This document shows positions 18,424 through 27,451 of a stretch of 64,000 nt of DNA, one piece after another. Location: the IMG/VR virus record IMGVR_UViG_3300048854_000081, positions 32,001-96,000 of that record; one strand, 5' to 3'. The notes under the pieces are model-generated. The model was not told the DNA's origin, made no database searches, and saw only the letters and a program-made list of their open reading frames with translations. A program made the translations under genes and the position numbers. How positions within the stretch are numbered: the stretch's first letter is position 1; each line of letters opens with the position of its first letter. This stretch comes from a virus. Lineage: Duplodnaviria; Caudoviricetes.

Positions 18424-18816
18424 ATGATCACACTTAAGCCCATCCTTAGAGCTAACCGTCGCTGTGAATCCATGGATTCCAATAAGCTTCTGGCTGCACA
18501 GAATAATCGTTGCTTCTACTGTGACGGTAAGTTCCCCGATAGACATACTGGTCCTCTGCGTCTCAGCCGTGATCACCTGTTCCCGCGTTGGTGGGGTCTC
18601 GGTATGGGTGGGAACATGGTCTTCGCTCATGCTCATTGCAACTCACACAAGAACGGTCGCACGCCTACCAATGAAGAGGTGTTGAAGTTCTTCCGCCTCT
18701 ACAAGCAGAATGCTCCTAAGCGCTATTGGGATCGTATCATCCTGTCCACCCGTAACCATAAGCCTCGTTTCAAGCTGGTGATCACTCCGGAATTGATTAG
18801 GGATTACTGCGCATGA
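18424..18816 (+). CDS. HNH endonuclease
   Basis: QNNRCFYCD...SRDHLFPR...NMVFAHAHCNSHK. Confidence 0.85.
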   Translation: MITLKPILRANRRCESMDSNKLLAAQNNRCFYCDGKFPDRHTGPLRLSRDHLFPRWWGLGMGGNMVFAHAHCNSHKNGRTPTNEEVLKFFRLYKQNAPKRYWDRIILSTRNHKPRFKLVITPELIRDYCA

Positions 18817-19205
18817 AAGTCTATCGTATCGAGAATGCATTGGGACAGGGGTTCCTTTACCGTGCCAACTGGACTGATACCTTTGTCCTTCCCGAGGATG
18901 AAGAAGCATATACTAAGGAATGTGGTCAGTGGTTGTCTACAGATAAGCACCAGAGCCCTCCTTATCGTATGGTAGAGCTTGGTCAGGTGTTCGGTTGCCC
19001 TTCACTGGAATATATGGCAGAATGGATCAATCCTAACATTCTGGATATGTTGGAACGTGCTGGGTACAAGGTCTATGTCTACTCGACTAAGCTGCATACC
19101 AAGCATCCCACCAGTCCTAACCAAGTATCATTCAAGAAAAAGAATGCTGTCTTGATCGAAGCATTTCATCTAGACATCCTAAGGAATATTCATGAACCTG
19201 CGTGA
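18813..19205 (+). CDS. Hypothetical protein, paralog of 21009 (possible ART-like fold)
   Basis: MKVYRIE..GQG...FGCPSLEYMAEW...QVSF. Confidence 0.7.
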   Translation: MKVYRIENALGQGFLYRANWTDTFVLPEDEEAYTKECGQWLSTDKHQSPPYRMVELGQVFGCPSLEYMAEWINPNILDMLERAGYKVYVYSTKLHTKHPTSPNQVSFKKKNAVLIEAFHLDILRNIHEPA

Positions 19206-19341
19206 TACTGTTAAAGCTGCGATGCTGTTGCATCCTTCCATCAACAACTCCGTGGTAAGCGTCTACTATCACCTGTTCACCTCAAATGGTACAGGCTATC
19301 AGTGGAACAGTGATGGTGAACTCAAGGCCGAAGAAGGTTAA

Positions 19342-19455
19342 CCTTACGCAAGCGTTAGGACTTCTTTTTCAAACAATGAAGGGAGCCATTAGGCTCCCTT
19401 TTCTATTGGTGAGTACTGTGGGGGATACCCTACCCTTACGCAAGCGTTAGGACTT
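19342..19455. repeat. Two more copies of the 22-bp repeat flanking a terminator hairpin
   Basis: ccttacgcaagcgttaggactt at 19342-19363 and 19434-19455; aagggagcc-atta-ggctccctttt between them. Confidence 0.9.
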
Positions 19456-19890
19456 AATTGGGTCTTCTGCGTATAGGGGTTCTAGGTCTTCGAAGGTGCC
19501 AGCACGATCATAGATCATCGTCCACTCGACGGCTGCATAGATTAGCTCAGTCGGATAGAACTGTCGTGCTGCCTTCGCGATCATGGTACCATAGCCCTTG
19601 CGGCGATGGTCAGGATGGGTGTACACATCCATGGTGAGTATGAATTCACCGTTTAGCAATAGCTGGAACACCATACCCCATGAGAGTACAGTGGGCTCTT
19701 CCAGTCCGTCAGTGATATAGAATACCCTTAGGTCTTTGACCGATGGACTACCCTTTCTCACCCGGTTCAGGATACGGAGCATCCTGCCAGACTTTAGGCC
19801 ACAATTCAAGTCTCTTAACTGTTTCCTAATGTTTCTGTTAAGTGAACTATGTAGTTCAGTAATGACCTCAATTTCACACATCCTTAACAT
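19447..19890 (-). CDS. GNAT-family acetyltransferase
   Basis: VLSWGMV...DVYTHPDHRRKGYGTMI motif A. Confidence 0.85.
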   Translation of the reverse strand: MLRMCEIEVITELHSSLNRNIRKQLRDLNCGLKSGRMLRILNRVRKGSPSVKDLRVFYITDGLEEPTVLSWGMVFQLLLNGEFILTMDVYTHPDHRRKGYGTMIAKAARQFYPTELIYAAVEWTMIYDRAGTFEDLEPLYAEDPIKS

Positions 19891-19952
19891 GTCCCTGTCT
19901 TGGGTCAGTCAAACAAGCATAACCCATTACAAAATAATTGCAACCCCCTCTG

Positions 19953-20005
19953 TTCAGCTCCCGTTCAGGTTGGTTACGTTAAAATAGGGTCGTGGATGGG
20001 AGAGC
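19953..20005 (+). promoter_or_regulatory. TTCAG-box/TAAAAT/GGATGGG element, copy B
   Basis: ttcag-ctcccg-ttcag-N11-taaaat-agggtcgtggatgggagagc. Confidence 0.8.
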
Positions 20006-20107
20006 ACAAGGAGAATGATACGCGTATGTGCGAGGGTATGCAAGGGGGTTGACACGGGTTTCATTTGTTTTATAATTCCCTCACTCCTAACGAAAACAGG
20101 TTCACAC

Positions 20108-20860
20108 ATGTTCACTCGTACCAAACACTTGCTTGCCATTTCCGCCGATGCTAAGACGGTCAAGGGTAGTAAGCTCGGGGTGATGACTGGCGTTATGTAT
20201 CTCGCACCGCACGCTCTGTCAGGTTTTCAGGTATGCCCCAAGGCATCGGAAGGGTGCAAGCTCGCGTGCCTCTACACGGCAGGCCGTGGCGTCTACAGCT
20301 ATACACAGAACGCACGCATCAATAAGACAAAATGGTTTTTCGAAGAACGCGAGACGTTCATGGAAACCCTCGTCTCCGATGTCAAGCGACTCATTCGCAA
20401 GGCTGACCGCGCGGATATGATTCCTGCTATCCGCCTCAATGGCACCAGTGATATCGCATGGGAAAAGATCAAGGTTAGCCGTGATGGTGTCGAATACCCG
20501 TCGATCATGGAAGCCTTCCCCGAAGTCCAGTTTTACGATTACACGGCGATCCTAGGCAGGACCAAAGCCCTGAAGCTCGACAATTACCACCTGACGTTTT
20601 CCCTTAAAGAGAATAACGACAAGGATGCACGCAAGGCACTGGATCAAGGCTATAACCTTGCCGTGGTGATGCGTCTGCGCCGCAAAGAAGACAAGCCCAA
20701 GCGCTGGGCAGGCTATCCGGTTGTCAATGGTGACGAAACGGACGTCCGTTTCATGGATAAGAAAGGTGGAACCATTGTGGGTCTCTTCCCCAAGGGTAAG
20801 GGTCGCTATGATACCTCGGGCTTTGTCCGTGATGTAACCGCTACCCTCAAAGCCGCCTAA
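20108..20860 (+). CDS. GP88-like phage protein with Cys triad (radical-SAM-like metal-binding pattern)
   Basis: CPKASEGCKLACL; IRLNGTSDIAW; FYDYT; YHLTFS; GDETDVRF. Confidence 0.75.
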   Translation: MFTRTKHLLAISADAKTVKGSKLGVMTGVMYLAPHALSGFQVCPKASEGCKLACLYTAGRGVYSYTQNARINKTKWFFEERETFMETLVSDVKRLIRKADRADMIPAIRLNGTSDIAWEKIKVSRDGVEYPSIMEAFPEVQFYDYTAILGRTKALKLDNYHLTFSLKENNDKDARKALDQGYNLAVVMRLRRKEDKPKRWAGYPVVNGDETDVRFMDKKGGTIVGLFPKGKGRYDTSGFVRDVTATLKAA

Positions 20861-20891
20861 AGCATTAGGGAACCGAAAGGTTCCCTTTTGT

Positions 20892-20940
20892 TTGCATTCT
20901 CTAATCAATGTGCTAAAATAGACTGGCGGATGGGAAAAGC
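20892..20940 (+). promoter_or_regulatory. sigma70-type promoter fused to GGATGGG element, copy C
   Basis: ttgcat-N16-taaaat-agactggcggatgggaaaagc. Confidence 0.8.
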
Positions 20941-20969
20941 TCTTCGCGATCATGCCGGTTCCATTTCTG

Positions 20970-21001
20970 TTCAGGCTAGGTTCAGTTACGTAACCTATAA
21001 T
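20970..21001 (+). promoter_or_regulatory. TTCAG-N6-TTCAG-N10-TATAAT promoter (no -35)
   Basis: Same architecture at 21438-21469 and 22958-22989. Confidence 0.7.
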
Positions 21002-21008
21002 CGTAAGC

Positions 21009-21446
21009 ATGAAAATCTTCCGAGTTGAAACCCCCGATGGTGAAGGTCCGTTCATTGGTGAGCATTCGTTTGATATGCTTGCCACCCATTTGTTTTCATC
21101 CGAAACCCATCCCTCCCCATGGCGTGACGATCTAGAACACATGATAGGTCTAGGTAGGCCGAACAAGTGTGGGTGTGATTCCATCCAGTCACTAAAGGGA
21201 TGGTTCAACGCTATCGAAGTCAATAAGCTAACAGGTGTCAGGCTGGATGATCGCGACGACCGTAACTACCTGTTACGTGCTACTGAAAGAGATTTGGGAC
21301 TGTTCAAGCTTCACGGCTTTGGTATCGCTGTCTATGAGGTAGAAGACGATGAATGCGAATATGGTTTGGGATTGACTCAGCTAGCATTCCCTACCTCTCG
21401 CGCTACCTTGATCGAAACGTTACCGATTGATGTTCTATTCAGCTAG
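21009..21446 (+). CDS. Hypothetical protein, paralog of 18813 (possible ART-like fold)
   Basis: MKIFRVE..GEGPF...CGCDSIQSLKGWF...QLAF. Confidence 0.7.
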   Translation: MKIFRVETPDGEGPFIGEHSFDMLATHLFSSETHPSPWRDDLEHMIGLGRPNKCGCDSIQSLKGWFNAIEVNKLTGVRLDDRDDRNYLLRATERDLGLFKLHGFGIAVYEVEDDECEYGLGLTQLAFPTSRATLIETLPIDVLFS

Positions 21447-21499
21447 TATTCAGATACAACCCTTATAATTCAAATCATCACCTAACGGAATCAAACGTA

Positions 21500-21874
21500 A
21501 TGATGACCGAAGCCGAAAAAGATTGGCAAGTCAAGATGACACTGGCACGGGACGACTTGCATAAACTCATGCATAGCGATTCGTATCGTGACGTTCGGAA
21601 GCATGCCATGCGTATGAGTTCCGTGGTCGAATTCAATCCCATTCCTGAACTAAAGGGAAAGCCGGGTAAGAATTGCAACCGCACGGCTTGCCAGCGGCCT
21701 TTCGCGTTCTTCAAGCATATCGACAATCATGCATACTACTGTTTCAGTTGCACGCATGACATCAATTTCGCCAATCTCGATTGGTCGGTAATCAATGGTG
21801 GTAAGTACCTCATTGAGTTGGATACGGAAGTGTTGACAACGTATCTGAAAGATAATAACCTGTCCTCACTCTAA
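21500..21874 (+). CDS. Hypothetical zinc-finger protein
   Basis: CNRTACQ...YYCFSC. Confidence 0.7.
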   Translation: MMTEAEKDWQVKMTLARDDLHKLMHSDSYRDVRKHAMRMSSVVEFNPIPELKGKPGKNCNRTACQRPFAFFKHIDNHAYYCFSCTHDINFANLDWSVINGGKYLIELDTEVLTTYLKDNNLSSL

Positions 21875-21891
21875 CGAAAGGCAACCAAAAC

Positions 21892-22497
21892 ATGCTTCAG
21901 GCAGTCGCCAGCGAAACCACCAACATCGCGTATCTCGACGACCTTCCCTATTATGCGGAAGACAAGGAATCGGCAAGTATCAAGGCAGCGGTTAACGTCC
22001 TCAAGGGAATGTTCCCCACTGTCACCGACATCCCGAACGATACCCGTGCACTGGGGATCGTGGAACGCTCCCTGTCGCACATGATGCATTTCGACCAGAA
22101 GTTTGACACGAATGCCCAGTTCGGTAACGACCATTACGAATTGATGGTCATGCAAGCTGAAGCCCACACCGCATGGCTGGATTCGCCCGATGGTACTCCC
22201 ATCCCTGATATCCTCCTGTATCGCCCTGTAGAGGCGGTGGTCGAAGGCGACGAGGTTACCGAAACTCTGGTAGCCAGTGTGGAGACCGCTACCGTTACGG
22301 AACCGGTCGAAGTCAAGGAACGTAAGCCACGTGGTCCGGCTAACGATTCGAACTATCAGAAAGCATTGCGCTTCTACAAAGAAGATGTAGCAGCGGGTAA
22401 GATCAAGTCGCATACGGTAGCTCGCATGGTTGCCTTGGGTATTGCACCCGGAACCGCAGGGGTTTACTATAGCAAATTCAAGCACGCGAAAAGCTAA
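21892..22497 (+). CDS. Hypothetical protein, possible C-terminal HTH
   Basis: 201 aa; C-terminal TVARMVALGIAPGTAGVYYS. Confidence 0.7.
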   Translation: MLQAVASETTNIAYLDDLPYYAEDKESASIKAAVNVLKGMFPTVTDIPNDTRALGIVERSLSHMMHFDQKFDTNAQFGNDHYELMVMQAEAHTAWLDSPDGTPIPDILLYRPVEAVVEGDEVTETLVASVETATVTEPVEVKERKPRGPANDSNYQKALRFYKEDVAAGKIKSHTVARMVALGIAPGTAGVYYSKFKHAKS

Positions 22498-22632
22498 CAG
22501 AAGTAAACGTAAGCTGAACGAATCGTAAGACAGTAGTTGCATTTAGTTAGAAACCCTGTATTATAGTCATCACTGGCCTCAACCAGTAACTTACATCAAA
22601 CCTAACCTAATCACCTCAAAAGGAATCAAACC

Positions 22633-22887
22633 ATGTCCACGAACGCCAAGAATGTCATCACCGGTACCGCCGCTTCGCTCCTGTCGCAGGGTCTCCGTCT
22701 CAACGGTGTCGAAGTCAAGGCTCCGTACCTGTCCGTCCTCGCTGGCTACAAGAACCTCGGCGTGAAGGTTACCGGCAAGGTCGAGTCCGAAGTCAAGAAG
22801 CAGGGCAAGCCCGCCCACATCTACGCGCTGACCTCGCGCAAGGGCATCAATGAGTTCACGCTGGACAATCCGTCCGTCGAAGCCTAA
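22633..22887 (+). CDS. Small basic protein, paralog of 31809
   Basis: LRLNG...KKQGKPAHIYAL; strong RBS AAAGGAA. Confidence 0.75.
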   Translation: MSTNAKNVITGTAASLLSQGLRLNGVEVKAPYLSVLAGYKNLGVKVTGKVESEVKKQGKPAHIYALTSRKGINEFTLDNPSVEA

Positions 22888-23075
22888 TCCCACGGGGTTA
22901 GAGTAGATTTGAGAGAGGGGGCCATTGGCTCCCTTTCTTTTTGTTTCAATGGAATCATTCAGGTTCCGTTCAGTTAGCTACTGTATAATTCTAATCATGG
23001 AAACGGAACAAGCAACGCTTGACACCCCGAACCATTCCGTTATAATACCTACACACCAACCCAAATGGAGCTACC

Positions 23076-23804
23076 ATGCTGGTCAAGATCACCCACAACG
23101 GAACCACCTTCTATTGCTCGCCGCGTCAGGCCGCAGCGTTGGAAGTCCTCATGGAAACCAATGGTGGCGGTTTCGCCGTGGTGAAGGGCTACAAGGCAGC
23201 ATCGACGGGCGAGGTCGCGGACATCACGTTCGTATCCCGTTTCAAGATCGCGAAGCTCTATGAGCGCACCATCAAGGCACTGGAAAGCTTCACGATGGAA
23301 GACATCATGAGCGATGTCCGCGACAATCCGAAGATCAAGGCACTGACCGTGGAAGCCTTGTGGGAAGCGTTCGACGCTCGCAAGTCATCGGAAATTGCCA
23401 GTATGCAAAAGACGCTCGATGGTGTCCGCGATGATGCACACCGTCAGGCTCACGACCGCAACTACCTGACCCTCGTGGATGGCGTGAAGGTTAACTTCAA
23501 GTCGGAGCTTGACAAGCTTACGAAACTAAAGCTCCCTGTCCTGAAGGATGGTATCCCGGTCGTCGAATCGATCATGCTGAACGTGTTGCAGGTCGGTAAG
23601 AAAGTCATCACGGAAGGCGAGTATAAGGCCGTGAATTCGGGTGTCCCCGTCATCCTGTCCAACGCCATGAAAGCTCACCTTCCGAAGTCCTGCAAGATCA
23701 AGGCAATTTCCCTGAAAGAAGACAACTTCGAAGCTCTGCACATTGACGGCAATGCCATCGTGCCGGACGATATCAAGGGCGACCTGAAGGCTTTCAATTC
23801 GTAA
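23076..23804 (+). CDS. Hypothetical protein
   Basis: 242 aa, own promoter 23019-23046, GGAG RBS. Confidence 0.8.
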   Translation: MLVKITHNGTTFYCSPRQAAALEVLMETNGGGFAVVKGYKAASTGEVADITFVSRFKIAKLYERTIKALESFTMEDIMSDVRDNPKIKALTVEALWEAFDARKSSEIASMQKTLDGVRDDAHRQAHDRNYLTLVDGVKVNFKSELDKLTKLKLPVLKDGIPVVESIMLNVLQVGKKVITEGEYKAVNSGVPVILSNAMKAHLPKSCKIKAISLKEDNFEALHIDGNAIVPDDIKGDLKAFNS

Positions 23805-23880
23805 ACATAACCTGAATGGAAGGGCTAACCCCCTTCCATTCTTCTACAGTTCCGTTATAATACTCCCACACCAACGGAGA

Positions 23881-24069
23881 ATGACTGTGAACAAGCGCGA
23901 AGCTGTCGAAAACTTCAAGGAGGGCATCCTCCCGCACATCCCCAGCAATGACAAGGTGGCGATTCGCTGCGCATGGAATGACTACGTTGACGGCCTGAAC
24001 AAAGATGGTCAGGTTACCGACTATCAGGCTCGCACGTGGTCCAACCCCTATGATAGGACGAACCGCTAA
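23881..24069 (+). CDS. Hypothetical protein
   Basis: 62 aa with RBS. Confidence 0.65.
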   Translation: MTVNKREAVENFKEGILPHIPSNDKVAIRCAWNDYVDGLNKDGQVTDYQARTWSNPYDRTNR

Positions 24070-24293
24070 TGATATACGGACAGTTCTATCAGAAGTCGGC
24101 CAGTGATCCCACCAAGCTTGTTGAAGCTTGCGGAGACCGTGCTGTCATCATTCTCGACGGTCGCGGTTCACTGGAACTTAACATAGCTTTCATTCGTCAA
24201 GAGTGTGAGGCTCGTGGGTACGCAGGTTTCTCCCTGTATCGTGGGGATACCTTTACCCGTAGCTTCCCCATCACATCCATTCAACGTATCTGA
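24069..24293 (+). CDS. Hypothetical protein
   Basis: 74 aa, TAATG overlap. Confidence 0.65.
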   Translation: MIYGQFYQKSASDPTKLVEACGDRAVIILDGRGSLELNIAFIRQECEARGYAGFSLYRGDTFTRSFPITSIQRI

Positions 24294-24324
24294 ATCATTA
24301 GGGAACCTTCGGGTTCCCTTTTGT

Positions 24325-24372
24325 TTGCAAATTGCATTACATATGCTAAAATAGGGTCGTGGATGGGAGAGC
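24325..24372 (+). promoter_or_regulatory. sigma70-type promoter fused to GGATGGG element, copy D
   Basis: ttgcaa-N16-taaaat-agggtcgtggatgggagagc. Confidence 0.8.
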
Positions 24373-24616
24373 TTCACGGAATTTGTGCGACGCAACTTGT
24401 TAATTTCTGTCCAGTGTTGTAAATATACTGAAACAGAGGATCACAGTTCCATGACAATCATTCGTGTAGACGGCCACAGAGCCGAACCAATTGAAACCAT
24501 CGTTCAGGGTCTTCTGGATGGCTCTAGAACGCTTTCCCCGATAGAAACGGCCAACATCCTAGCAGTGATGAACGAAGCCCTAGAAACGCTACGTAGAGAG
24601 TCTGAGGGCTGTTCCC

Positions 24617-24844
24617 ATGTATAAGACCGAACTAGACGCCATGGTCACGAAAGACCCTAGCAAAATGGTCAACTTCAAACCTTACATTATCGAAGCCAAG
24701 GACATCACTCTAACCGTGGTGTTACATCCTATATGGGCTAAGACAGTGTACGATGCATTCCAACAATGTCTTATGAATTTCCCAACGGATATGATCACGG
24801 CCATCTATTCGCTAACCGATCCGGACAACCTGAACGTAGCCTGA
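24617..24844 (+). CDS. Hypothetical protein
   Basis: 75-aa ORF. Confidence 0.6.
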   Translation: MYKTELDAMVTKDPSKMVNFKPYIIEAKDITLTVVLHPIWAKTVYDAFQQCLMNFPTDMITAIYSLTDPDNLNVA

Positions 24845-25071
24845 ATTTACCCTATTGCATTCTGTTAGAAAACCTGTAGACTACTTACATCGACTAACCA
24901 AACGGAACCAGCCATGTACGAGTCAGCTAAGAACTTCGCGATGAATCCGGGTAACCCCTACGTTGCCGCTGCGTTCTATGGTGCTGTATGGGCTGGTATC
25001 TATGTGGTGATGTATCAGTGGGTCATCCATCACTAAGCTTGACATTCAAACAATAAGTAGTAAACTGAAAT

Positions 25072-25581
25072 TGTCGTCGGGAACCAATGAGACAATCGAT
25101 GACGGAGCCGAGAGGGAATTAACCCTCACACCTGACCCAGCACTGTAGAACGGCAACAGCCTAATGACTGGGATAGACGATAGGATAGAGCTTATATGTC
25201 CTTACCGCGACGGGTCTTGATGCCAATAAGCTTAGGCATGTAGGTAGGTGGGCTATCACTGAAAAACTTGATGCGGTATCCCTAGAATAAGCCTCTAGGG
25301 CGCTCCACCCCCAGCCCACCATGGCCCCATGGTGCCCTAAATGAACCGAGCGCTCTGCGCCATTTAGACCTTAGTAAAAGTGAGGGTGACATCATGTAGC
25401 GACGCTAACCAAATTTGGATGATGACAAAATTCTGATAAAACTTGACGTTGTAAGGGGCTGTACCAGTCGCCAGTAGCGTGGACAGCAAATTCATCAACT
25501 AACCTAGGTGGCGTGTCATGTAACGTCTCAATTCAGGAGCCCTAGAGGCTATAGAAGCGATACATCATAGACTAAGCGACA
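25072..25581 (+). ncRNA. Candidate large (~510 nt) structured non-coding RNA
   Basis: Promoter TTGACA-N16-TAAACT (25039-25066), no ORF >=60 aa, many helices, terminator right after. Confidence 0.65.
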
Positions 25582-25584
25582 CGG

Positions 25585-25612
25585 AAAGCCCCTTAATAGG
25601 GGCTTTTCTTTT
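25585..25612 (+). terminator. Intrinsic terminator
   Basis: aaagcccc-ttaata-ggggcttt-tctttt. Confidence 0.85.
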
Positions 25613-25684
25613 GTTCAGAATAGGGGGTTGCATCTGTTATCAAACCCTGTATAATGTATTTCAACAACCCAATGGATCGAAGCC

Positions 25685-26050
25685 ATGAACGACTATTCCA
25701 AGTATTACCCGCTGATCGACAAGCTGGCTACGGAAGATTTCGCCCGTCGCCATCCCGGTAACGTTAAGATGGGCTTCTCCAAGCGCATCGACTTTCAAGA
25801 CGGTGGCAAGCTGATCAAGATGGTCAGTGTGGACCTGAACGATGGCGTGGAAAACGAGTATGGTCGTTCGGTCTATGGTTTCATTGTCAAAGAAGACAAT
25901 ACCATCAAGAGCGCGACCACGGGTGCCTTTTTCAAGGCTGGTGACCTGTTGAAGGCCGCAGGCTGGAAGGCTCCCGCAAAGAACTTCGCTCGTGGTAACA
26001 TCCACGACCTGAACGACGACTCCAAGTTGCCCTATACGGGTATCGGTTGA
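25685..26050 (+). CDS. Conserved hypothetical phage protein
   Basis: RSVYGFI...GDLLKAAGWKAPAKNFARGNI. Confidence 0.8.
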   Translation: MNDYSKYYPLIDKLATEDFARRHPGNVKMGFSKRIDFQDGGKLIKMVSVDLNDGVENEYGRSVYGFIVKEDNTIKSATTGAFFKAGDLLKAAGWKAPAKNFARGNIHDLNDDSKLPYTGIG

Positions 26051-26110
26051 GGGGTGTTGCATCCCTCTTTGGTTCTGTTATAATACTCCCACACTCACTA
26101 GGGAACGACC

Positions 26111-26479
26111 ATGGATCAGCAAACCCTTTGCAATACCTTTGTCCAGAACGTCAGCCTCGCGTTTCCGAAGGCTTTCGTCAAGGCCAAGCCGTGGAAGTCC
26201 ATCGGTGATCGCCCAACGCTTTGGGTCGAATTCGCATCATCGAAGACATGGGCGAATGGCATCATCCAGAATGATCCCCTCCACATGCGTCTGCTCGTGC
26301 AGGGTAGCGATGCCAAAGGCTGGTCCATCGATGGCGACTCGTTCCCCAAGCGTGCTCTCAAAGCCGTTGGTGTCAATAGCCGCAAGATCAGCGGCAAGAC
26401 CGAAGCCGAAGTTATGCAAAAACTGGAAGACTGGTTTTGCAATAATGTCGAAAACATCAATGCGGCTACCCCTGACTAA
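26111..26479 (+). CDS. Hypothetical protein
   Basis: Own promoter and RBS. Confidence 0.75.
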   Translation: MDQQTLCNTFVQNVSLAFPKAFVKAKPWKSIGDRPTLWVEFASSKTWANGIIQNDPLHMRLLVQGSDAKGWSIDGDSFPKRALKAVGVNSRKISGKTEAEVMQKLEDWFCNNVENINAATPD

Positions 26480-26542
26480 GGGGTATTGTGTTCTGTTACG
26501 AAACCTGTATACTGATCACACACCAACCACAGAGACGCTATC

Positions 26543-26794
26543 ATGACCGAGAATGCCGCTCCCCGTGAACTGAACGTCATTGCTGCCGACATCATCCGTA
26601 GCTGGCCCAAGCCGTACTTCGGTGCCGTGCCCTACATCCAAGCGATGCGGACCATGAAAACGATGAAGGATATGTATTACGCAGATGATGCGTTCTATAT
26701 CGTCCGCTACCTGCTGGGCAATATGCAGACCTTCCGTGGTGCTGATGCCCGCCGCCTCAAGGCCGAACTGAAAGCACTGGTAGGGGATAAGTAA
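26543..26794 (+). CDS. Conserved hypothetical phage protein
   Basis: PYFGAVPYIQAM...FRGADARRLKAEL. Confidence 0.8.
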   Translation: MTENAAPRELNVIAADIIRSWPKPYFGAVPYIQAMRTMKTMKDMYYADDAFYIVRYLLGNMQTFRGADARRLKAELKALVGDK

Positions 26795-27004
26795 TGCCCC
26801 TCGTGCTGGTACTTGTCCTGATCATCCTGTTGGTTTTCATCTACAAGACAGCGGGAGGGGTTGCGGTCGCTGGTACCCTTCTAGGTGGTATCGTCCTGAT
26901 ACTGGGCTCCTACCTGCTGAACTACTGAACGAGTTTCGTAACAGGGTATTGTGTTCTGTTACGAAACCTGTATACTGATCCCACCCAATAACGGAGATAA
27001 GTAA

Positions 27005-27280
27005 ATGGCAAGCCGTCATTCCACCTACGTTCCCAGCACAACCCCCGGCAAGACGTGGAAGGTCTACGTTCACAAGGGGTTCGATAAGCGAATCTATGCC
27101 GCAGCGTCGGAAGGTGTTTATGAACCTGCCGGAGATTCCACGTTCGAATCATTCACTACGGAAATTCCGGGTGATCGTTTCCTACGGCTTTTCCTCACTG
27201 GCTCACGCCTGACGGACAAGGTAGAGCGGGAAGGTATCGAAGCGATGATCGAAACCCTGAAGAAAGACGGTCTAGCATAA
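27005..27280 (+). CDS. Hypothetical protein
   Basis: Own promoter (duplicate of the 26481 promoter), GGAG RBS. Confidence 0.75.
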   Translation: MASRHSTYVPSTTPGKTWKVYVHKGFDKRIYAAASEGVYEPAGDSTFESFTTEIPGDRFLRLFLTGSRLTDKVEREGIEAMIETLKKDGLA

Positions 27281-27378
27281 CCATAAAGCCCCATTGCTGG
27301 GGCTTTTCTTTACGTTACGGTAGCTGTTCCCCATCCGCCAATCTATTTTAATATAACCTACCTGAACGTAACCTGAAT
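27278..27378. repeat. 101-bp cassette (terminator + GGATGGG element copy E + TTCAG box), identical to 35714-35814
   Basis: Base-by-base match of the two stretches. Confidence 0.9.
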
Positions 27379-27451
27379 GAGTTTCGTAACAGGGTGTTGC
27401 ATTCCTTACGTAACTAGGTATACTAGCCACACCAACCACGGAGATACGGCG

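Noticed and set aside
25072-25581. tmRNA, RNase P RNA or group I/II intron
   Set aside because: No tRNA-like 5'/3' ends with T-loop and CCA, no recognisable RNase P P4 or intron core motifs by eye, and it interrupts no gene.
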